A DNA stretch of 64,000 bases from an uncultured bacterium. GTDB lineage: Bacteria > Zhuqueibacterota > QNDG01 > DTFT01. The position numbers and the translations under genes were made by a program. Of this stretch, positions 60,098-64,000 are shown piece by piece. Below the pieces are notes generated by a model, which was given only the letters and a program-made list of their open reading frames with translations, did no database searches and had not been told where the DNA came from. Every line of letters starts with the position of its first letter. The first letter of the stretch is position 1. The DNA lies in the NCBI GenBank assembly GCA_963736115.1, contig CAVTNR010000014.1, positions 160,001-224,000 on the forward strand. The letters are read 5' to 3'.

Positions 60098-60975
60098 CTG
60101 TTTTTCCCCGGATTGGTTTTCAGAAGGCTCAGTCCGGAACGAAGGACAGCCGTCAAAATCAGGAGCCATCCGAGCACCGGGAGCAGCGGCCGTTGCTGGC
60201 CGGATGCGCCGTATTTCGAGAAATAACGGTAGAAGCCCTGGTGGCTTCTCCAGATTTTGAGAAAGGGCTCCTGGTTCACGCTGGCGCCGCGGATGTGTTC
60301 CACGGAGGCATCGGGGAGAAAGACGATGCGCCATCCGGCCGTCCGAATGCGCCGGCACCAGTCCACGTCATTGAAAAACAGCGGAAATCGTTCGTCCATC
60401 GGCCCGACCGCATCGATTACGCGGCGCCTGAGGAGGAGGCACGTCGCCTCCGGCTGTTCCACATCGGCGGTCCGGTCATGCCGGAAATCGGGCATCTTCC
60501 ATCGGGGCGTGAATCGGGATGGCCACAGCCGCGGCAGTCCGCTCATTTCCAACAGCACGTCCCGTAATACGGGGAAGCGCCGGCAGGATGGAAGGGTGAG
60601 GCCCTCGGCGTCCGTCAGCCGGGGGGCCGTGACGCCGACGCCGGAATGACGTTTCAGGAAACGGATCATCCGTTCCAGGGAACCACGGCCCATCCGGGTG
60701 TCCGGGCCGAGCAGGCATATCCAGTCGCCCTTGCAGGAACGGAGGCCGAGATTGACGGCCGCGGCATAACTCTTCGGTTCGCGGCCCGGAATGACGCGGA
60801 CGCGGCGGCCTTCCAGACCGCGCGTGAAGATCCCGATGCGGGCCCGTGTTTCAACGGACGGACCGTTGTCCACTACGCAGACTTCGATCCCTCCGTCCGC
60901 CGTCCCGGGCAGGGAAGCCAGGCAGGGGCGGATATGACGTTCACTGCGGTAGGTGACGATCAGGACGGATATCAT
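60094..60975 (-). CDS. glycosyltransferase family 2 (WbbL-like)
   Basis: [36 protein letters not shown]; alternative start 61029. Confidence 0.9.
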   Translation of the reverse strand: MISVLIVTYRSERHIRPCLASLPGTADGGIEVCVVDNGPSVETRARIGIFTRGLEGRRVRVIPGREPKSYAAAVNLGLRSCKGDWICLLGPDTRMGRGSLERMIRFLKRHSGVGVTAPRLTDAEGLTLPSCRRFPVLRDVLLEMSGLPRLWPSRFTPRWKMPDFRHDRTADVEQPEATCLLLRRRVIDAVGPMDERFPLFFNDVDWCRRIRTAGWRIVFLPDASVEHIRGASVNQEPFLKIWRSHQGFYRYFSKYGASGQQRPLLPVLGWLLILTAVLRSGLSLLKTNPGKNR

Positions 60976-61047
60976 GGCCGCTGGTTGTCCGGGTCGCGGG
61001 GCAATGGGATCGGGCCGGCAGATGGTCAACGCCAGCCGGCAGGCATT

Positions 61048-62529
61048 TCATTTTCCGGATGATTCCTTCAGTCTCTTTTGCAGGTCCGTGATTTTGTCCT
61101 TGTACCGTGTTTCATTGGGCGATTTTTCTAGAAGGGCTTCATAGACTTCGATCGCCTTTTCGAACTGGCCCTGTGCGGCGTATATCTCGCCGAGGGTGGA
61201 AGTCACGATCTTCAGGTCGGAACGGTCATCCGCCTTCGGGGGCGGCGCGGACTCGGCTGTTCCGGCGGCAGCCGCTGCTTCCAATCGCGGGGGAACAGCC
61301 GGGATCTGCGGAGCCGTGGGCGGCGCGGTCGGGCCGGATTGTTTCTCGGCCTTGAACCAGGGAACGGGCTTGGCGGACTCCGGCGCCGGTGTATTCCGAG
61401 GGGGTTCCGGCGCAGGCGGATTCACAGGCGGTTCCAGTTCAGACGGGCTCAGGAACCCCTCAGGCTCCTTCTTTTCGAACAAGGCAGGCGCCTGCGGTTC
61501 CGCCGGTCGGGGCGGAGTTCCGGCCTCGTCCCCGGATGCCGGCGCCTCGAACTCCAGGATTTCAAGCTCGAGGTCCCGTGATTTTTCGTCGGCCGGGTTT
61601 TCCTCGGTCTTCTCCTCCTCCGGGTTGTCGAACGAGGACAAATCGAACCAGTTCTGGGTGAAATCCACCATTTCTTCGGCGTTTTTAACCGGTTCAGGCA
61701 CTGCCGCGGCCGGTGGACCGTCCAGGGCGGAAGGCACCGGCGTTTCCTCGAGGTCCGGAAGAAGGGATTCGAGTTCGTCGATAGAATCCGTTTCCTCCGC
61801 GGCCGGCTGCAGGGCCGTTTCCTCGGTTCCGGGACCAGTCAGCAAATCCACGGGAGGGGCCGAAAAATCGGGACGGCCGGCTGTCATCGGGACCGGCAGA
61901 TCAATGTCTTCCGGGCTGAATTCCCGTATCTGTTCGGTCCAGTCAGAGTCAGAGTCCGAGTCATCGGAGGGAACCGGGACAATCGATTCCCTTTCCGGGG
62001 TCGGCATGACCGGCTTGACCGGCGGCGCGGCGGGTTCGGCGTCCGGTTCCTCCAGGGAAGGCGGCTCCGGTTCAGGCAGTGCAGTCGGTTCCGGGATGGA
62101 GACGGGCTGGGGTTTCGGACGGTCCGCGGGCACGGAGTACCGTTTCATCAGATCGCGGACTTTATCCTCCATGGGATCGGCGTCGATCACGCTGGCGTAA
62201 TGTTCGGAGGCAGCCGCTTCCCAGCCGGTCTTGACGAGTATGTCGCCGAGCAGTTTCTGCGCGGACAGGTATTGCTGGTCATGCGACAGCACTTTTTTAA
62301 GGGCCGCTTCCGCCTTGTCGTATTCCTTGCGGAGAACGTGGGTTCTGGCCAGCAGGAAGTATCCGGTGGTGTAATAGGGGTGATGTTTCACGCCCTCGGT
62401 GCAGAGAACCAGCGCGTCGTCCGAATTGCCGCGCTTCAGGTACTGATCGGCCAGCCGCGCGAACAGAAGCGATTTCGGGTTGTCCCGCAGACGGGACTCC
62501 AGATAGTCGAACAATTCGTCTTTTTCCAC
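61048..62529 (-). CDS. TPR protein with long acidic Pro-rich linker
   Basis: NPKSLLFARLAD.Y N-terminal TPRs; low-complexity P/E/A middle; C-terminal IVTSTLGEIYAAQGQFEKA. Confidence 0.85.
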   Translation of the reverse strand: MEKDELFDYLESRLRDNPKSLLFARLADQYLKRGNSDDALVLCTEGVKHHPYYTTGYFLLARTHVLRKEYDKAEAALKKVLSHDQQYLSAQKLLGDILVKTGWEAAASEHYASVIDADPMEDKVRDLMKRYSVPADRPKPQPVSIPEPTALPEPEPPSLEEPDAEPAAPPVKPVMPTPERESIVPVPSDDSDSDSDWTEQIREFSPEDIDLPVPMTAGRPDFSAPPVDLLTGPGTEETALQPAAEETDSIDELESLLPDLEETPVPSALDGPPAAAVPEPVKNAEEMVDFTQNWFDLSSFDNPEEEKTEENPADEKSRDLELEILEFEAPASGDEAGTPPRPAEPQAPALFEKKEPEGFLSPSELEPPVNPPAPEPPRNTPAPESAKPVPWFKAEKQSGPTAPPTAPQIPAVPPRLEAAAAAGTAESAPPPKADDRSDLKIVTSTLGEIYAAQGQFEKAIEVYEALLEKSPNETRYKDKITDLQKRLKESSGK

Positions 62530-62652
62530 GTCAGAGCTCCGGCCGGTTTCGGTGAATGTTCTTTCCGGCGCGCGTCCTCCGGCAGTTTCAGCGGAGGCGC
62601 ACCGCGGGCGCGATTAAATATAACAAAAAACGGATTTTAATTCAACCGGTTT

Positions 62653-63201
62653 CTACCAGGTCGAAACCATCCGGTTGACGATTTCCGTTTTCAGCTTGTC
62701 CACGGCTTCGTCGATTCCCTCATTGCGGTCTTCCGAATAGTTGCCGAATGCGGTGAACGGGCCCTGCCAGATCACGACGCGCTTCCGCATATCCTCGAAG
62801 ACCGCCTGGACGGACAGCGTAATCCGGAACGTGGACGCCTCTTCATTCTGGTTGTATTGGCCGGCCCTGTCCTCGACGCGGTTCAAGGTGCACCGCAGGA
62901 TGCAGTCGGCGGATGCGGGTTCCGCGATCTTGAGCGTATTGTCACGGGTCACGGCATCGATCACCGCGTCCGTCAGCGTCTGATCGATGCCGAATTCCGG
63001 AGTCCGGTTCTCGAACAGGGGGATGGCGACCGTTTTCAGATGCGGCGGGAGGGATGCCCCGGAAAAACTGTAGGACCCGCAACGGCTCAGCGCGGCCGCA
63101 AGCGCGAGAACCGCCGTGGCCCGGACCGTCCGGGAGAGGGGGGAAACGCGGCGGGAAAGGGCCTTCCGCTCCGGTGTCGCGGCCCGGTCATTCAATTCCA
63201 T
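62653..63201 (-). CDS. lptE: LPS assembly lipoprotein LptE
   Basis: Lipobox-like LSRC-GSYSFSG.S, KTVAIP.FEN.T, AD..L; position downstream of a sigma54 activator as commonly seen in FCB genomes. Confidence 0.8.
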   Translation of the reverse strand: MELNDRAATPERKALSRRVSPLSRTVRATAVLALAAALSRCGSYSFSGASLPPHLKTVAIPLFENRTPEFGIDQTLTDAVIDAVTRDNTLKIAEPASADCILRCTLNRVEDRAGQYNQNEEASTFRITLSVQAVFEDMRKRVVIWQGPFTAFGNYSEDRNEGIDEAVDKLKTEIVNRMVSTW

Positions 63202-64000
63202 ACTCCTTCAGTTTCCGGTACAGGGTGCGTTCCCCGATACCCAGCGCTTTCGCCGCCTTTCTCCGGTTTCCGGCGAACCGATCAATCGCGCGCTCGATCT
63301 GCTGTTTCTCCAGCTCCTCCAGATTGAAGTCCCTCGGGAGGGTTTCCACAACAGGCGCCTGTTCCTGCGGCACGGGCGTGAGCGGGGTCCTGACTCCGGA
63401 GCCGCGGACCAGCAGGCGCCGGATCTCCTCGATGGCCATCCGGATGTCCAGCAGCGCGCGGACCAGAAGCTCCCGTTCCGCCTGTTCGGCGCTCCTGTGC
63501 GTGACGACCGGAAGGTTGCGTTCGAATTCAAGCCCTTCGCCGAGATGGCTTTCGAGCCGGGCGCGATCGATGCGCTGTCCCTTTTCCAGAACGATCACGC
63601 GTTCGATCACGTTCCGCATCTCGCGGACGTTTCCGGGCCAGGAATAGCTTTCGAGCAGTTCCAGCGCGTCCTCGGTGAACCCCTCGAAGGGGATGTGGTT
63701 GCTGCTGCACACCGCATCGGCGAATTGGCGCGCGAGTTCGCGGATGTCCGGGCGGCGCTCCCGAAGGGGAGGCACAACAATTTTCACCGCGTTCAGGCGG
63801 TAGAACAGGTCGCGCCGGAATTCGCCGCGGGAGACGGCCGAATCCAGATCCTTGTTCGTGGCCGCGATCACGCGGACATCCACACGTTGCAGGCGGCTTC
63901 CGCCCACGCGCATGAATTCCATCGTCTCGAGCACGCGGAGAAGCTTGACCTGCGTACCGAGGGGCATTTCCCCGATCTCGTCGAGGAACAGGGTCCCGCC
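63188..64000 (-). CDS. sigma54-dependent transcriptional activator (5' end outside window)
   Basis: GGTLFLDEIGEMP...Q.KLLRVLE, RVIAATN, FRRDLFYRLN, WPGNVRE, Fis-type HTH (GNRRKAAKALGIGERTLYRKL). Confidence 0.96.
   Translation of the reverse strand, partial: GGTLFLDEIGEMPLGTQVKLLRVLETMEFMRVGGSRLQRVDVRVIAATNKDLDSAVSRGEFRRDLFYRLNAVKIVVPPLRERRPDIRELARQFADAVCSSNHIPFEGFTEDALELLESYSWPGNVREMRNVIERVIVLEKGQRIDRARLESHLGEGLEFERNLPVVTHRSAEQAERELLVRALLDIRMAIEEIRRLLVRGSGVRTPLTPVPQEQAPVVETLPRDFNLEELEKQQIERAIDRFAGNRRKAAKALGIGERTLYRKLKEYGIE

Noticed and set aside
61196-62200. Ser/Gly-rich 334-aa + strand ORF
   Set aside because: It is the antisense reading of the Pro/Glu-rich linker of the TPR gene.

Overview
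A GC-rich bacterial chromosomal window with about 40 genes. The 'NYPNPFNP...RKL-VK' C-terminal domains, the GWxTD protein, the DGGGPS-like UbiA and the sigma54-activator/lptE/TPR neighbourhood suggest an FCB-superphylum organism, possibly KSB1-like; this is inference. Housekeeping genes include uvrB, purD, tmk, ychF, wecB, dapF, maf, dtd, ettA, lptE and a SurA/PpiD-type chaperone. The main accessory feature is a ~20.5 kb co-oriented cluster (27.3-47.9 kb). It has a small CsgG/TolB-N-TPR gene followed by two tandem copies of a triad: TPR + CsgG-like lipoprotein, then a giant LVIVD/Ig/LamG surface protein with a sorting tail, then an outer-membrane beta-barrel. This is a candidate undescribed surface-display or secretion module, and it has a sigma54-like promoter. 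Two families of non-coding elements also stand out. (i) A hairpin-ended MITE-like element occurs in two full copies and one minimal copy, and its hairpins carry six nested ~45-bp mini-elements. (ii) Four long inverted arrays of 7-bp repeats occur; one supplies a gene's stop codon and one sits in the predicted uvrB leader. Several indels (TonB receptor, TetR, ettA) look like sequencing errors. No rRNA, tRNA, CRISPR array or transposase gene was recognised. All calls were made by eye; no searches were run.
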